Below are positions 1-12,859 of a stretch of 64,000 nucleotides of DNA, piece by piece. The position numbers and the translations under genes were made by a program. The notes below the pieces were generated by a model. That model was given only the letters and a program-made list of their open reading frames with translations, had not been told where the DNA came from and made no database searches. Source of the stretch: Isurus oxyrinchus (taxonomy: Eukaryota); the NCBI GenBank assembly GCA_026770705.1, contig JANJGN010000004.1, forward strand, positions 139,996,001 through 140,060,000. Direction: 5' to 3'. How positions within the stretch are numbered: position 1 is the stretch's first letter; every line of letters starts with the position of its first letter.

Positions 1-69
1 GGGGTTTAGTTTGCTGTGGGGAGTCTGATGGTGGAGAACCTTGGGGGCTGGTAGGAAGCACTCTTGCCC

Positions 70-157
70 ACCACTGCCTTATGAAGGGCAATTAGGGATG
101 GGCAATAAATGCTGGCCTAGCCAGCGATGTCCACATCCCATTAATGAATTTAAAAAG
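70..157 (+). mobile_element. 3' tail of LINE family B
   Basis: gggcaattagggatgggcaataaatgctggcctagccagcgatgtccacatccc...aaaaa. The same tail occurs as reverse complement at about 5860, 34570, 41360 and 58545. Confidence 0.7.
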
Positions 158-652
158 TGCTATGAAGGCAATTGCCTTCTGCCTGAGGCTGCTGGGTTTC
201 CCAAGGTCAGAGAAATCTGGCTGGCCTCAGTTATACCTGCAAAGCAGGTTATGTCTGGAGTTTCTAGCCTTATTAATGTGCTGAAAATGCCAACCCACTT
301 CCTTGGCTGCCCATCCCTTGTCCCACCTGAGTAAAACATAGAAGTTGTTGGGCTAGAGGCAGCTTCTCAACATGCTCACTGAGGATGTGGAAGTCCTACT
401 CTCAGCCTGCTTAGCTCACCGGCAGCATGTTATAGCTGTGGGGCAATATGCCACCTGTGAAATTCAGCCCATAATTTGAGAATGGCAACTCAGGAAATTC
501 CAGTCAACATATCTCTATCTCTTTTCCCTCTGCCCTATATTTGGGCAATGCCAATTCTGCCAGCATAGGACAGAAGAAAATCTATCTTAACATCTTAATA
601 ATCAATTATTCATGCTTCAAGATTTAAAACTTCATTATAAATTACCTCTTAC

Positions 653-791
653 CATTGATGTCACATTGAAATCCCATCCCAATCGAGCTCCTAGATTCTG
701 GGTGTAGTAAAGCAGTGATACATTCCCATATGTACCCTTATCTCGATATATCACCAAGGTTAGGTTTCCTGTGGTTTCATTCACCTCAAAG
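653..791 (-). CDS. ADGRV1: ADGRV1 coding exon K (139 bp, last in window)
   Basis: Acceptor tgcaag|C (AAG type), donor ATG|gtaaga. Encodes (N)FEVNETTGNLTLVIYRDKGTYGNVSLLYYTQNLGARLGWDFNVTSM. Phase 2 to 0. Confidence 0.94.
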
Positions 792-1695
792 CTTGCAGAA
801 AAAGAACAGTAAAAATTCATCCACGAGGTAACAAAATATTCTTACAGTATAGCTTTAGAAACTGGGTAATTTAATCAACAGAGAGATGATGTGTTGGCTT
901 TCAATCATAAAATCGAATCACTGGAGTCAAACTGAGCAGATGATGTTGTGTAACACTTCCCCCCACACCTTTCACCTTTCTCCTTAATTAAAGTGAGGGG
1001 AACGTATCCAAGTTACTAGCCAGTTATCACTGCGAGACACCTGTATGTACACTTCAATCTTCTGAATGCAAATCATGAAGTTCCATATATGATTTTCAAA
1101 AGGTTGAATTAAAAAGATACAAATTGGGCATATTACTGTTGATCTGCTACAAGTGTCCACTTAATGTGGAACTTTTATCAACAAGGTTAATAGAACATTA
1201 GTACATTTTAAAATTTGTTTACAGGATCTGAGACATGCTGGCAAGGTTACATTTATTGCCCATCCCAGAATTGCTCACAGTCCTGGTGAATTTTTCTTTT
1301 TGAACCACAACAGCAGAGGATGTTTCCTTTATTACTGCGGCTGGAGCTGCTGCTGGGAAGTGAATATATATTGATTACTTTTATGAATTGGTGTAACTAA
1401 GAACCTTACATTATGGGTTAGAATATGATAGGGTACCATGCAAAGGTTCGTGGAATAAAGTAGCATCCTTTTCTCAATCTATACATTCTAGTTTTCTCGA
1501 TTTCTATCTGAAATCACCACAATACATTAGAAGTAGTCCAGCTGTAAGAAACCCTTCAGGTGTATAACAGAGAACAAGTCTTTGCTCCAAAATTGTCCCA
1601 AACTATGGTTTGACTACAAAATTTTGCAATACATTACATAATACATTAAGGAGCATCACTGAATAAACAAAGGGTACTTAATTATAGAACTAGAT

Positions 1696-2132
1696 CATAA
1701 GACCATAAGACAGGAGCAGAAATTAGGCCATTCGGCCCATCGAGTCTGCTCCGCCATTCAATCATGGCTGATAAGGTTCTCAACCCCATTCTCCCGCCTT
1801 CTCCCCGTAACCTTTGATCCCCTTACCAATCAAGAACCTATCTATCTTGGTCTTAAATACACTCAATGACCTGGCCTCCACAGCCTTCTGTGGCAATGAA
1901 TTCCATAGATTCACTACTCTCTGGCTAAAGAAGTTTCTCCTCATCTCTGTTCTAAAAGGTCTTCCCTTTACTCTGAGGCTGTGCCCTCGGGTCCCAGTCT
2001 CTCCTACTAATGGAAACACCTTCCCCACGTCCACTCTATCCAGGCCTTTCAGTATTCTATAAATTTCAATCAGATCCCCCCTCATCCTTCTAGATTCCAT
2101 TGAGTATAGACCCAGAGTCCTCAAACGTTCCT
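1696..2132 (-). mobile_element. Young 5'-truncated CR1 LINE (ORF2 C-terminus plus 3' UTR)
   Basis: Open ORF LGLYSMESRRMRGDLIEIYRIL...TRGHSLRV...RRNFFSQRVVNLWNSLP is the CR1 ORF2 C-terminus. It ends in a short tandem tail (tcttatgg repeats). Confidence 0.92.
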
Positions 2133-2269
2133 AACTAACTTCAAAGTTAAAAATATAATAGTAAATTTAACAAATATTATTATGTAGCAATAAATACATA
2201 AATATATCAAAGCAAATTAGATATTTATTAAACAGTAATATATGTTTATATTCTTGATTAAACACTCAC

Positions 2270-2348
2270 TTAGTGCTGTGCCATTGAATGATGCCTTTTA
2301 CACCATCATTTGCATCAACGGTTATCAGGGAAACTTGACCTGCAGCAT
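2270..2348 (-). CDS. ADGRV1: ADGRV1 coding exon J (79 bp, not in ORF track)
   Basis: Acceptor tcctag|AT, donor AA|gtgagt. Encodes DAAGQVSLITVDANDGVKGIIQWHST. Phase 1 to 2. Confidence 0.94.
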
Positions 2349-2572
2349 CTAGGAATTAAAACCAAACTTTTAAAACCAAAGGTGAATTACAAAAGATAAA
2401 AATAAAAGAAGGTGCTGAAAATACAAGTGCAGAAAGCAAGTACTGGTAGAGGAGAGTGTAACCTGGAGATGGCTGGACAGGAAAATTGGGAAACGAGATT
2501 GGATTCAGAACACCAACTTCAGTGCAGGTGAAAAGACAACTAGGGAAAGTTTTGAGTTAATGGTTTATGGGC

Positions 2573-3668
2573 TGTTAAGAAACCTATACTTAACTTTGGA
2601 GGTCGGGAACTCCAATTGCTGATGAACCTCGGGCTTCCGCGCATGCACCGGCCAGGAACTGGCCGCACATTCGCAGTCTGGGTATTTTACACTCTTCAGG
2701 CCAACGATAAGCCCTGCGCGCCTGTGCAGAAGAAAAGAAGAAGAATGGCACGAAAATATAGGAGAGATGACCTGGAACCTCTGTGTTCAGTGAGTGTTCC
2801 AGGCAGCGGGACATGGGAGGGAGACAGGGAGAGGCCCCAAACCAGGGAGGGGGAGTGGTGATCCCTAAAGGAGGTCCCAGGTGAGGGATAAAGACAGGGG
2901 ACAGAAATAGGTCCCGTTAAGTCAATTTAAAAGAAAGGAGCAAAGAAATCGGCTCTAAATTAAAGGAAGAGCTGCAGGGAGCAGACTTTAAGCAAAGTGG
3001 GCACAAGAGCAACTCTGAAGGCAGCAGAAGGTTGGTGACTCCGTGCTGTGGGCCTTTGGGGTAAAGGTACTCTTTTGAAGCAGTGGTGTCCTGCCTGGCA
3101 CAGTGGAAGATCTGAAAGTGTGCTTGGAAGGTGAAGCTTGCGTGTACTCGGAGATCCGGGGAAAGAAATCTCAGAAGGCGAAATTGAAACCCTGCAAGTT
3201 GCGTCGTTATTGAAGCCTTCCGAGTAGAGTGACTTTTGGAGAGAATTCCAAGGCAAGATTTTCAAAGGTGGAGTTCGGAAACCCTCATAAGAAGGACAAA
3301 ATTTTCATGAGATTATGTGGCTCACAATCTGACAAATGTCTGGGTGGGTTGTTGAGAAATCCATGAAATTAGTTTTGGCCACATTTGGCACTTATTCTGT
3401 AGTATGATGTGTCCGACCACAGTTTGCCTGTTAATTCGCACGTGCCTCATTCCTTACCCTGAATGTTGGAGTATAAAATAGATATCGTACATTGTTTTAT
3501 CTTTCTGAACTTGATTAGTAAAGTTTACTTGTGTTCGCTCAAAACCAATAGAATTTTGTGACTATATTCACTTAGTAAGCGTCTTGAATCTCAAACTCAA
3601 ACTACTTTGAACAAAACATTATTGATCTCAAACCAAATCTCCCCAGGGTCTGTCCAAGGATAATAACA
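2573..3668. mobile_element. Probable solo LTR (about 1.1 kb)
   Basis: Starts tgtta and ends taaca (terminal inverted repeat). Flanks gggc/tggc could be a 4-bp TSD with one mismatch. CpG-richer than its surroundings and has no pol sequence. Confidence 0.55.
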
Positions 3669-4099
3669 TGGCAGAGATCAAGCAGTGGCAAGGTGGTAAA
3701 TTAGGGTATGGACGAATATCAGAAAAATCAGTTCACTCTGAAAGGACCCAAATGAGCCATAAGTGGATTGAGTTCAATTCAGAGACAAATAGGAGAAGCA
3801 AAGGAACATGGTAAGAACATAAAATGATGGAAATTCCCAGCATGTCTGGCAGCATCTTTAGAGAGAGAAACAGAGTTAACAGCTCAGGCTAATGATTTTT
3901 TTTTTAGAAATCAGCAAAGGCTTAGTTTGGAGATGGTAACAACAGGAACCAACATGGCATCCAGTTCAAAATAAAATCACAGGTTGACCAAGGAGACACC
4001 AAAGGATGTTTCCACAAATTCAAAAATTTGATTGATAAGGAAATTCAATTTTGTCCCATTAAGCAATTAAATGTAGGTATATAAACACAGAATACACAC

Positions 4100-4193
4100 C
4101 CAGTCTAGGAGGGAAGTGGGTCAAACCATCAAAGATGAGCTCCACAGATGTTAGATTCACAAGGAAGAACTCCTGCAACTCAGGAATTTCATC
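4100..4193 (-). CDS. ADGRV1: ADGRV1 coding exon I (94 bp, not in ORF track)
   Basis: Acceptor ttgcag|GAT, donor G|gtgtgt. Encodes DEIPELQEFFLVNLTSVELIFDGLTHFPPRL. Phase 0 to 1. Confidence 0.95.
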
Positions 4194-5859
4194 CTGCAAA
4201 AGATAGTTCAATACCACAGACAAAAGCAACAATACATCTGCTCTGAAGTCAGATACATCACAAAAGTACGTAATATATATTACGGCCCGGGAATTTCCAA
4301 TCTCTGAATGGTTGTATACTGGGCATACCCCTTAAACAGCATCCCTTGGAAGTCCAGGCACACTGACTATGTGTGAATTGTCTGGGAAGTTTAGACTTCC
4401 AATAGTCAATTCCTCTGCATCCAGAGCCCTCTGAAACAGTCTCCAACTCTGAGTCTGAATCAAAGATTTCAGAAGGTTCTTACTTACTTACTTGGATAGT
4501 TACTCAAGAAATGTTAGACAGAAAAAAGACAGTTCTAACTCCTGAGTTATATGATCACTCACAATGACCACCATGATTGCCACTCCATAGAAACTTTGGC
4601 CCATTTTCTACATCATCCATTTGCTGTAAATCACAAAGGTACTGAAAAAGATCTTATGTGACACAGCTTCTGTAATTTGATGTTTTTATATATATTTTCA
4701 TGTGTGTGTATATATATGTATAATATATATAAAAGGACTATAAGTCAGAACAGGGAAATTATCGAGCTATTAGCTTGACTGGCTAAAAGCAAGCTGCTAA
4801 AAGGGAAGACAGGCCCTCATTTACATCACACAAGCAAGATACAAGCACTGCTCCAATGTTCACAGGCAACTCTGTGTTTGGGACTGAATAGGAATACCAG
4901 CAGTAATGACACATTTGAGGCTTCACCTAGATCCACAAAAATAAACAAATATAATTAATAAACAAACAAAAATACTTGTGCTTTCCCAAGCAGCTGGCAG
5001 CGGTTCCATTAAAGTCATTGACCTACACAACAAGTCGCTGCCTGATGCAGATTCATTGAAAACAATCAAAAGGGTGTTGGATGAGCTACTGACTGAGATC
5101 GTGATGTATATAAGGTAGGTGGGATGTTGGGGGATGGACCTCTCAGTCATTGTGGTCTCCCAGAACTTGCTTATTTCCTTGTCAAGGCTTAGAGAAGAAT
5201 TTCCCGGTGTTTCCTGCAAACTCCACCCACACAACAAAATTGGCTTAAGATTTATTGTCTGTGTTTTGTGTCTCAGAGGTTGTGAGTCACTGTACGTATA
5301 AAGATGCACTGTAACAATACAGAGTTGTTTTAATGGACAACCAGCTTTTTCTTGTCTTTTCCTTTCATTTGCTCATATTCCTTCAGAATTTAACAATAGC
5401 AGCCAGGGCCAATACTAAAAATTAAAAGCCTCATTGGATGACATTTTAAGACCATCAGTTAGCACCTTGTCACATTACAAACTAAGAAACTAAAGTTTGA
5501 AATTATTGTAAGCAATGGCAGCATACAAACTTATTAGTTACCATCAAATTCATCCCTTTGCTGTATTTATGGATACAATAACCAATATGTTAGTGCCATA
5601 ACCAAATTAATGATCAGAATGTGAATAAATATTACTAATACTTAGAGGTTTTGGTAGATCTCAATATACAGAATTGCAAGATTTCAGCTTGAGTATCTCT
5701 GTGGTGGTATTCACATCTTCAGGGCAGAGGTCCTCTCACAGAAAATTGCATGAGATAAATATTTATCCTCAGTGAATAGCAGTAATCTGTTATAGAACCT
5801 GTCTCAATTTCATTTCATTGCTGTTTTGAAATTAAAATATGGCAATTAAGGGGAGGATT

Positions 5860-6400
5860 TTTTTTACTCATTCGTGAAATGGCAAAGCCAACATTAATTG
5901 CCCATCCTTAAATGCTCTTGAGAAGGTGGCAATGTGCAGCTTTCATAAACTGCTGCAGTCCAGGTGATGCAGATAGACACACAGTGCTGCTAGGAAGGGT
6001 GTTCCAAGATTTTGACCCACTGACAGTAAAGGAAAAGTAATATAGTTCTAAGTCGGGAAGGTGTGTGGCTTGGAGGGGAACCTGCAGGTGGTGACATTTC
6101 CAGGCATTTGTTGCCGTTCTTCCAGGAAGTGGGATTTGCAGGTTTGGAAGGTGCTGTTCAAGGAGCCTTGGCAAGTTGTTGCAGTGCAACTTGTAGATGG
6201 TCTACACTGCTGCCACTGAGCACCAATGGTAGAAGGAGTAAATGTTTAAGATGGTGTTGGTCAAGTGGGCTGCTTTATCTTGAATGGTGTCGAGCTTCTT
6301 GAGTGTTGTTGGAGCTGCACTCATCCAGGTAAATGGAGTGTGTTCCATTACATCCTGCTTATGCCTTATGGAAAGGCTTTGGGGAATCAGGAGGTGAGTT
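5860..6400 (-). mobile_element. LINE family B, 3' fragment
   Basis: ORF MHCNNLPRLLEQHLPN... is homologous to the ORFs at 34707-34916 and 41410-41724, and carries the shared 3' tail. Confidence 0.8.
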
Positions 6401-6965
6401 TGGAATACGAAATAGATGAAGTTATACTTAGTTCTACACAGCCTTTGTCAGGTGCCAATTTGAGTTCAGTTCTAGCATCCCACCTCAGGAAGAATATATT
6501 GACCTCAGAGAGGATACAGTGCAGATTTGTCTGAATTATATCAGAGCTTGAAGGGTTCAATGATGAGAAAAGATTGCATAAATTTGGCTTGTCTTCCCTT
6601 GAGTATACAGTTTTGGGTGATTTAATTGATAATTGATTAAAATGATAAAATGATTCAATTCAAATAGAGAGAGAAATTGGTAGGGGAATCTAGAACAAGG
6701 TGCACACACTTAAAATTAGAACTAGGCCATTTAGGAATGAAATCAGGCAATACTTCTTCACACAACAACGGAAATGTAAAATTCTCTCTACGAAATGCTA
6801 AGGATGTTGGATCAATCAAAATTTAGCTGAGATCAAAAAAATGTTATAAGGTAAGGAATGGATGTAGACCAAAGGTGGTGAAATGGACTTCATACATAGA
6901 TCGGTCTTGATATAATTAAATGATTGAGAAGGTAGGAAAGGTGGCATATTCTACTCCAGTTCCAA
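6401..6965 (+). mobile_element. Old CR1 3' fragment
   Basis: Degenerate CR1 ORF2 C-terminal motifs (SHLRKNILTSERIQCRF; ttcttcacacaa). Confidence 0.7.
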
Positions 6966-7136
6966 AGTACTTGAGTTACTATTTACCATACATCCAAAGT
7001 CATTTTAGTATGTGTCATCATATTTTCTTCTGCAGCAGCTCTGTACTTATTGTGATCAAGAAATAAATAATTAAGCAAGCCACATGATATGTCATACTAC
7101 ATAATATTAAGTTCTCCAGATAGAATTCTGACTGAC

Positions 7137-7300
7137 CTGTAAAATAGTGACATTTATGGAAGTAGTGGCTTCCCCTTCCTCCATTATAACAAAATCAGAC
7201 ACAGACAGATAATCAAAACCAGGCTCAGCTAGTGACTCATCATTTAGGTTCAGAGGGAGCAACGACCCTTGGACTGTCTCAAAAGTGATGTTAATTGCAC
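7137..7300 (-). CDS. ADGRV1: ADGRV1 coding exon H (164 bp)
   Basis: Acceptor atatag|GT, donor CAG|gtcagt. Encodes GAINITFETVQGSLLPLNLNDESLAEPGFDYLSVSDFVIMEEGEATTSINVTILQ. Phase 1 to 0. Confidence 0.95.
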
Positions 7301-7419
7301 CTATATAATAAATGAAAATATTATTCAAAGCAATAGGTGATATAGAAAATGTAGTAGCAATGTATATATCAAAGTATTCAGAATTCAAATAAAATTACAA
7401 TTTATTTTTCAAGTAACAT

Positions 7420-9248
7420 TGCAATGGAACAATAAATAAATAAGTATGATCTGATAGCTATTACAGAGTCTTGGCAGCAGGATGACATAAATTAGGACCC
7501 AAATATTGAAGGGTATAAGACTTTTAGGAAGGATAGGAAGCTAGAAAAAGGTGGAAGGGTGGTTCTGCTAATTGACAGTATTATCGCATTGGAGAGGGAT
7601 GACCTAAGTTCAGGAAACCAGGATGTATAAGCAGTATGTGTTGAAACGTGAAATGATAAAGGCAAGAAGTCACTTGTAGGAAGAGTACACAGGCCTCCTA
7701 ACTGTAACTACATGATAGGACAGAGTATAAAGGAAGAGGTAATGGGAGCTTGTCAGAAAGGTATGGCAATAATCAAGGGGGAATTTAATCTATGTAGGGA
7801 GTGGAAAAATCAGATGGGAAAAGGTAACCTAGATGAGGGGTTCATAGAATGTTTTCGGGATAGTTTCTTAGAAAAGCACATTCCGCAGCCAACTAGAGAG
7901 CATGCTATACTGGACCTGGTATTGTGCAACAAGATAGGATTAATTGATAACCTCATAGTGAAGGCCCCCCTGGGTAGCAGTGATCATAATATCATTGAAT
8001 TTTATATTCAGTTTGAGGGAGAGAAGAACTGGTCCAAGAGTAGTCTTTTAAACTTACGTAGTCTAAACTTATGCAATTATGTAGGAATGAAAGCAGAGCT
8101 TACTGAAGTGAACTGGCAAATGAGGTTAAGGGATAGATCAATAGAGATACAGTGGCAGGCATTTAAAGGGGAATTTCAGAATATACAGAATAGATACATT
8201 CCAATGAGAAAGAAAAAAATCCATGGTTAGTTAAAAAAGTTAAAGACAGTACAAACTTGAAGAAAAAGTATATAATTGTGCAAAGACAGGTGGCAGGTCA
8301 GAAGATTGGACAGAATATAAAGAACAGCAAAGAATGACAAAAAGATTACGAAGGAGGGAAAAATTAGAGTATGGAGAAAACTAGCTAGAAATATAAAGAC
8401 AGCTAGTAAGAGTTTCTACATATTAATTAAATAATAAAAAAGTTAACAAAGTGCACTTTGCTCCTATAGAAAGTGAGTCTATATGGAAAATAAAAAGAGA
8501 TGGCAAATAAAGTGAACAGGTACTTTGCATCAGTCTTCTCTATAGAGGATACAAGTAGCGCCCCAGAAATAGCTGTAAATCAGGAATTGGAAGGAAAGGA
8601 GGAATTCAGAAAAATTACCATCACCAGGGAATTGGTGCTTTGTAAATTATTGGATCTGCAGCCAACAAATCCCCGGCCTTTATAGACTTCATCCTAGGGT
8701 CTTAAAAGAAGTGGCTAGTGACTACAGGCCAGTTAGCTTAAAATCTGCCATAGGGAAAATGTTGGAAGCCATTATTAAAGATTTTATGACAGGGCACTTG
8801 GAAAAATTGAAGGCAATCAGGCAGAGTCAACATGGTTTTGTGAAAGGGAAATCATAACTAACCAATTTATTGGAGTTCTTTGAAGGATTCACATGTGGTA
8901 TGGATAATGGAGAACTGGTGGTCGTACTGTACTTAAGTTTCCAGAAAGCATCTGATAAGGTGCCACATCAAAGGTTATTAACCTTAGGGGGTAACATATT
9001 GACATGGATAGAAGATTGGCTAGCTAACAGAAAATAGAGGGTAGCCATGAATGGGTCTGTTTCTTGTTTGAGGGATATGACGAGTGGTGTGCCACAGGAA
9101 TCAATGTTAGGACCTCAACTTTTTACAATTTATATAAATGACTTGGATGAAGGGACAGAAGGTATGGTCGCTAAATTTGCTGATGATACAAAGATAGGTA
9201 GGAAAGTAAGTTATGAAGAGGATGCAAGGAGGCTACATGGGGACACAG
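7420..9248 (+). mobile_element. CR1 LINE ORF2 remnant (AP endonuclease to RT), 3'-truncated
   Basis: APE motifs (ITESW, PTREHAILDLVL, LGSSDHNII) and RT motifs (SGVPQESMLGPQLFTIYINDL, KFADDTK), with many stops and frameshifts. Confidence 0.9.
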
Positions 9249-12200
9249 ATTGCAGTTGTGAGATATGGGAGCTTTTGGATGCCAAGGAGATCCATGACAA
9301 ACACGTCAGCAGGAAGTGTAAGTAGCTTGAGAAATTCCAGATTGGGATTATTGAACTGGAAGCCGAAATGCAGACATTGCACAACATAAGGGAAGAGGGG
9401 GAAATACCTGGAATCTTTGTTCCAGAAGACAGTCACACCTCATAGAAGAGAGTCATCTGTTTTTGTCAGCAGCGTGGGGCAGGAGAATGTGACTGTCAAT
9501 GAGGCAGGTAATGGGACCGAGCAGACAGTAGTGGAGGAGCCTCAGACTTTTGCAATTGTCAAACAGGTTTGAGGTGCTCACAACCTGTGTGGAAGAAAGC
9601 AAAATCTGCAAGGTAGATGAGCTTGCTGGCCATGGCACCGTGGTACAGGAACTCATTCAAGCGGAGGGAGCAAAATGGAATATAACGGTAGTAGGGGATA
9701 AGGGGATAGTACAGTGAGGGGGGTTTACGCTGTTCTCTGCAACAAAGAGCGAGAGTCCAGACAACAATGTTGCCTGCCTGATGCCAAAGTTCAGACCATC
9801 TGGTCAGGGCTAGAGAGGAACTTGCAGTTGGAGTGGGAGGGTCCAGTTGTCGTGGTCCATGTAGGTACCAATGCCATAGGTAGAACCAGGAAAGAGGTTC
9901 TGCAAAATCAGTATGAGAAGCTAGATGCCAAATTAAGAAGCAGAGTCTCAAAGGTAATAATCTCTGGGTTATTACATGAGCCGCATACAAATTGGCATAG
10001 GGAAAACAAGAGAGACAAATGCATGGCCCAAAGACTGGTGTGGGAGAAGAGGGTTCCAGTTTGTGGGGCTCTGGTGAAAGTGAGAGCTGTACCATAGGGA
10101 CAGTTTACACCTGAACCATGCTGGGATGAATGTCCTCACAAATCACATAACTAGGGAAGTAGAGAGGGCTTTAAACTAAACAAGAGAGGTGAGGGATCAA
10201 GCTTGGCTAGAGGTAGAAATTCATGTTGTAGAGTCAAGACAGGTGAGCAAAATAGTAATATGAGAAATAAGGGTCAGAGAATGGCAGGAAGGGACAGAGA
10301 GAAAAATTCTAAGAATACACCAACAGTCAAGACGAGATGTTCCAAAGGTAAAAAAAGACAAAATTGAAGGCTCTATATCTGAATGCACACAGCATTCATA
10401 ACAAAGTAAATGAATTGATGGCCCACATTGAAGTAAATAAACATGATCTGATAGCAATTACAGAGACATGGCTACAGGACAACAAAGATTGGGCCCTTAA
10501 TATTGAGGGGTACATCACATTCAAGAAAAATAAGAAGCTAGGTAAAGATAGAGGGGTAGCACTGTTAATCAAAGATGGCATTGATGCAATAGTTAGAGAT
10601 GACCATGGTTCAGGAGATCAGGATATAGAATCAGTTTGGGTAGAGATTAGGAATAATAGGGGTAAAAAGTCATTAGTAGGAGTGGTGTACAGGCCCCCTA
10701 ACAGTATCCACAGTGTAGGACAAAGTATTCAAGAGAAAATATTGTGTGCTTGTGATAAAGGGACGGCAATAGTCACAGGTAATTTTAATCTACGCCTAAA
10801 CTGGAAAAATCAGATTGGCAGTAGAAGCCTGGATGAGGCGTTCTTGGAATGCTTTCGAGATAGTTTTTTAGAGCAACGTGTTCTGAAACCAACCAGATAG
10901 CAGGTTATATTAGATTTGGTATTGTGTAACGTGACAGGATTAATTAATGACCTCAGAGTAAAGGTGCTGCTATGTAACAGCGACCATATTATGATTGAAT
11001 TTTACATCCAGTTTGAAAGTGAGAAGAGCAAGTCTAAGACTAGTATCTTAAACTTAAATAACGGCAACTATGTGGAAATGAAAGTTGAGCTGGCTGAAGT
11101 GAACTGGGAAACTAGGCTGGAGGATAGATCAATATAAAAGCAGTGGCAGACATTTAAGGGGATATTTCAGAGCATTCCGAATAAGTACATTCTTACTATA
11201 AAGAAAATTTCCTAGGGGAGGACCCAACATCCTTGGCTAACTAAAGAAGTTAAGGAAAGCATCAAATTTGAGGAAAAAGCATACAACTCCGCAAAGATGA
11301 GTGGCAGGACAGATGATTGGACAGAATATAAAGAACGGCAGAGAATGACAAAAACGTTAATCAGGAGAAACAAATTAGAGTATGGGAGGAAGTTAGTCAG
11401 AAATGTAAAAATGGATAGCACAAAGTACTTAAAAAGGGAAAGAGTAAGTAAAGTGAGTGTTGTCCTCTAGAGTTAATAGTAGATAATAAGGAAATGGCGG
11501 AAGAAATTAACAAATATTTTGCTTCCCTGTTCACTATAGGGGATACAAAAAAAATTCCAGTAACAGCTCCAAATCAAGAGATGAATGGGAGAAAGAAACT
11601 TGGTGAAATTGAAATCATTAGGGAAATGGTACTGCGCAAACTGATGGAGCTGTGGGCTGGCAAGTCTCCGATCCCGATGAACTACATCCTAAGGTCTTAA
11701 AAGAGGTGGCTAATGAGATAGTCGATACACTGGTGTTAATTTTCCAAAATTCACTACATTCTGGAAAGGTACCATCAGATTGGAAAGTAGCAATATTCAA
11801 GAAGGGAGGGAGGCAGAAAACAGGAAACTATAGGCCAGTTAGCTTAATGTCTGTCGTGGGGAAGTTATTAGAATCAATCATTAAGGAGGTTACAGCTGGG
11901 CACTTAGAAGAGCTCAAGGCAATCAGAAAGAGTCAGCATGGTTTTGTGAAAGGAAAATCATGTTCAACTAATTTATTGGATTTTATTGAAGGAGGAACAT
12001 GCACAGTGGATAAAGGGGGCGTACTGTACTTGGATTTTTCAAAAGGCATTTGATAAGGTGCCTTAATCAAAGATTATTATGGAAAATAAAAGCACATGGT
12101 GTAGGGTGTAACTGATTAGCAAGGATAGAAGATTGCTTAGCTGGCAGAATGCAGAGAGTATGCATAAATGGGTCTTTTTCTGATTGGTGGGATGTGATGA

Positions 12201-12500
12201 GCAGAGTACCACTGGGGTCTGTACTGGGGCCTCAACTTTTTATGAATTAGTCAATGTCTTAGATGGGGGGAGTGAAGACATGGTAGGCTAAATTTGCAGA
12301 AAACACAAAGATAGGTAGAGGGTATGTTGTGAAGAGGTCAAGGAGGTTGCAGATGGGCAAAGATCTGGCAAATGGAGTTTAATGTGGGAAAATGTGAACT
12401 TGTTCGCTTTGGCTAGAAGAACAAAAGAGCAGAGCGTTATATAAATGGAGAAAGGCTACATAATTCTGAGGTGCAGAGGGATCTAGGTGTTCTAGTACAA
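9249..12500 (+). mobile_element. Near full-length decayed CR1 LINE: ORF1 (Zn-finger/coiled coil plus SGNH esterase) and ORF2 (APE-RT)
   Basis: ORF1 remnants CSCEIWE...HVSRKC, VVGD, CCLPDA, VVVVHVGTNAIG and DSLHLNH are esterase blocks known from CR1 ORF1. ORF2 begins KALYLNAHSIHNK...IAITETWL, with VYRPP and YRPVSL. The 3' end is missing. Confidence 0.92.
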
Positions 12501-12736
12501 GTAGACCAGACCTGGTAAGGACAGCAAGTTTCCGTCCCTAAAGGACACTAGTAAACCAGATGGGTTTTTACAACATTCGACAATGGTTTAATGACCACTA
12601 TTACTGAGGCTAGCTTTATATTCCAGGTTTACTAACTGAATTCAAATTCCACCAGCTGCGGTGGTAAGATCTGAACCCAGCCAGAGCCTCTGGATTACTG
12701 GCCCAGTGACCTTACCACTGCACCACCATCTCCCCA
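12501..12736 (-). mobile_element. tRNA-derived SINE (5' part)
   Basis: Minus strand begins gggagatggtggtgcagtggtaagg...gggttcagatc (A/B-box-like). Homologous to the copies at about 22150-22490 and 30695-31100. Confidence 0.75.
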
Positions 12737-12859
12737 TGAGCAGTTGCATTATATCAGGGCCATAGAATTCAGCTGTTCCAATCTTTGAGAAAAATACTAT
12801 ATAGAATTACATTACATACTGAGCAATATTAACACTATTTTTAAAAGTTAACTCCAGAA

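Noticed and set aside
4671-5315. Possible solo LTR and the 128-aa ORF at 4923-5309
   Set aside because: No convincing TSD or paired termini, and no recognisable protein motif.
12690-12736. tRNA genes at the SINE heads (also about 31050-31100 and 61313-61385)
   Set aside because: Only degenerate A/B boxes with no complete cloverleaf, and each continues into a SINE body.
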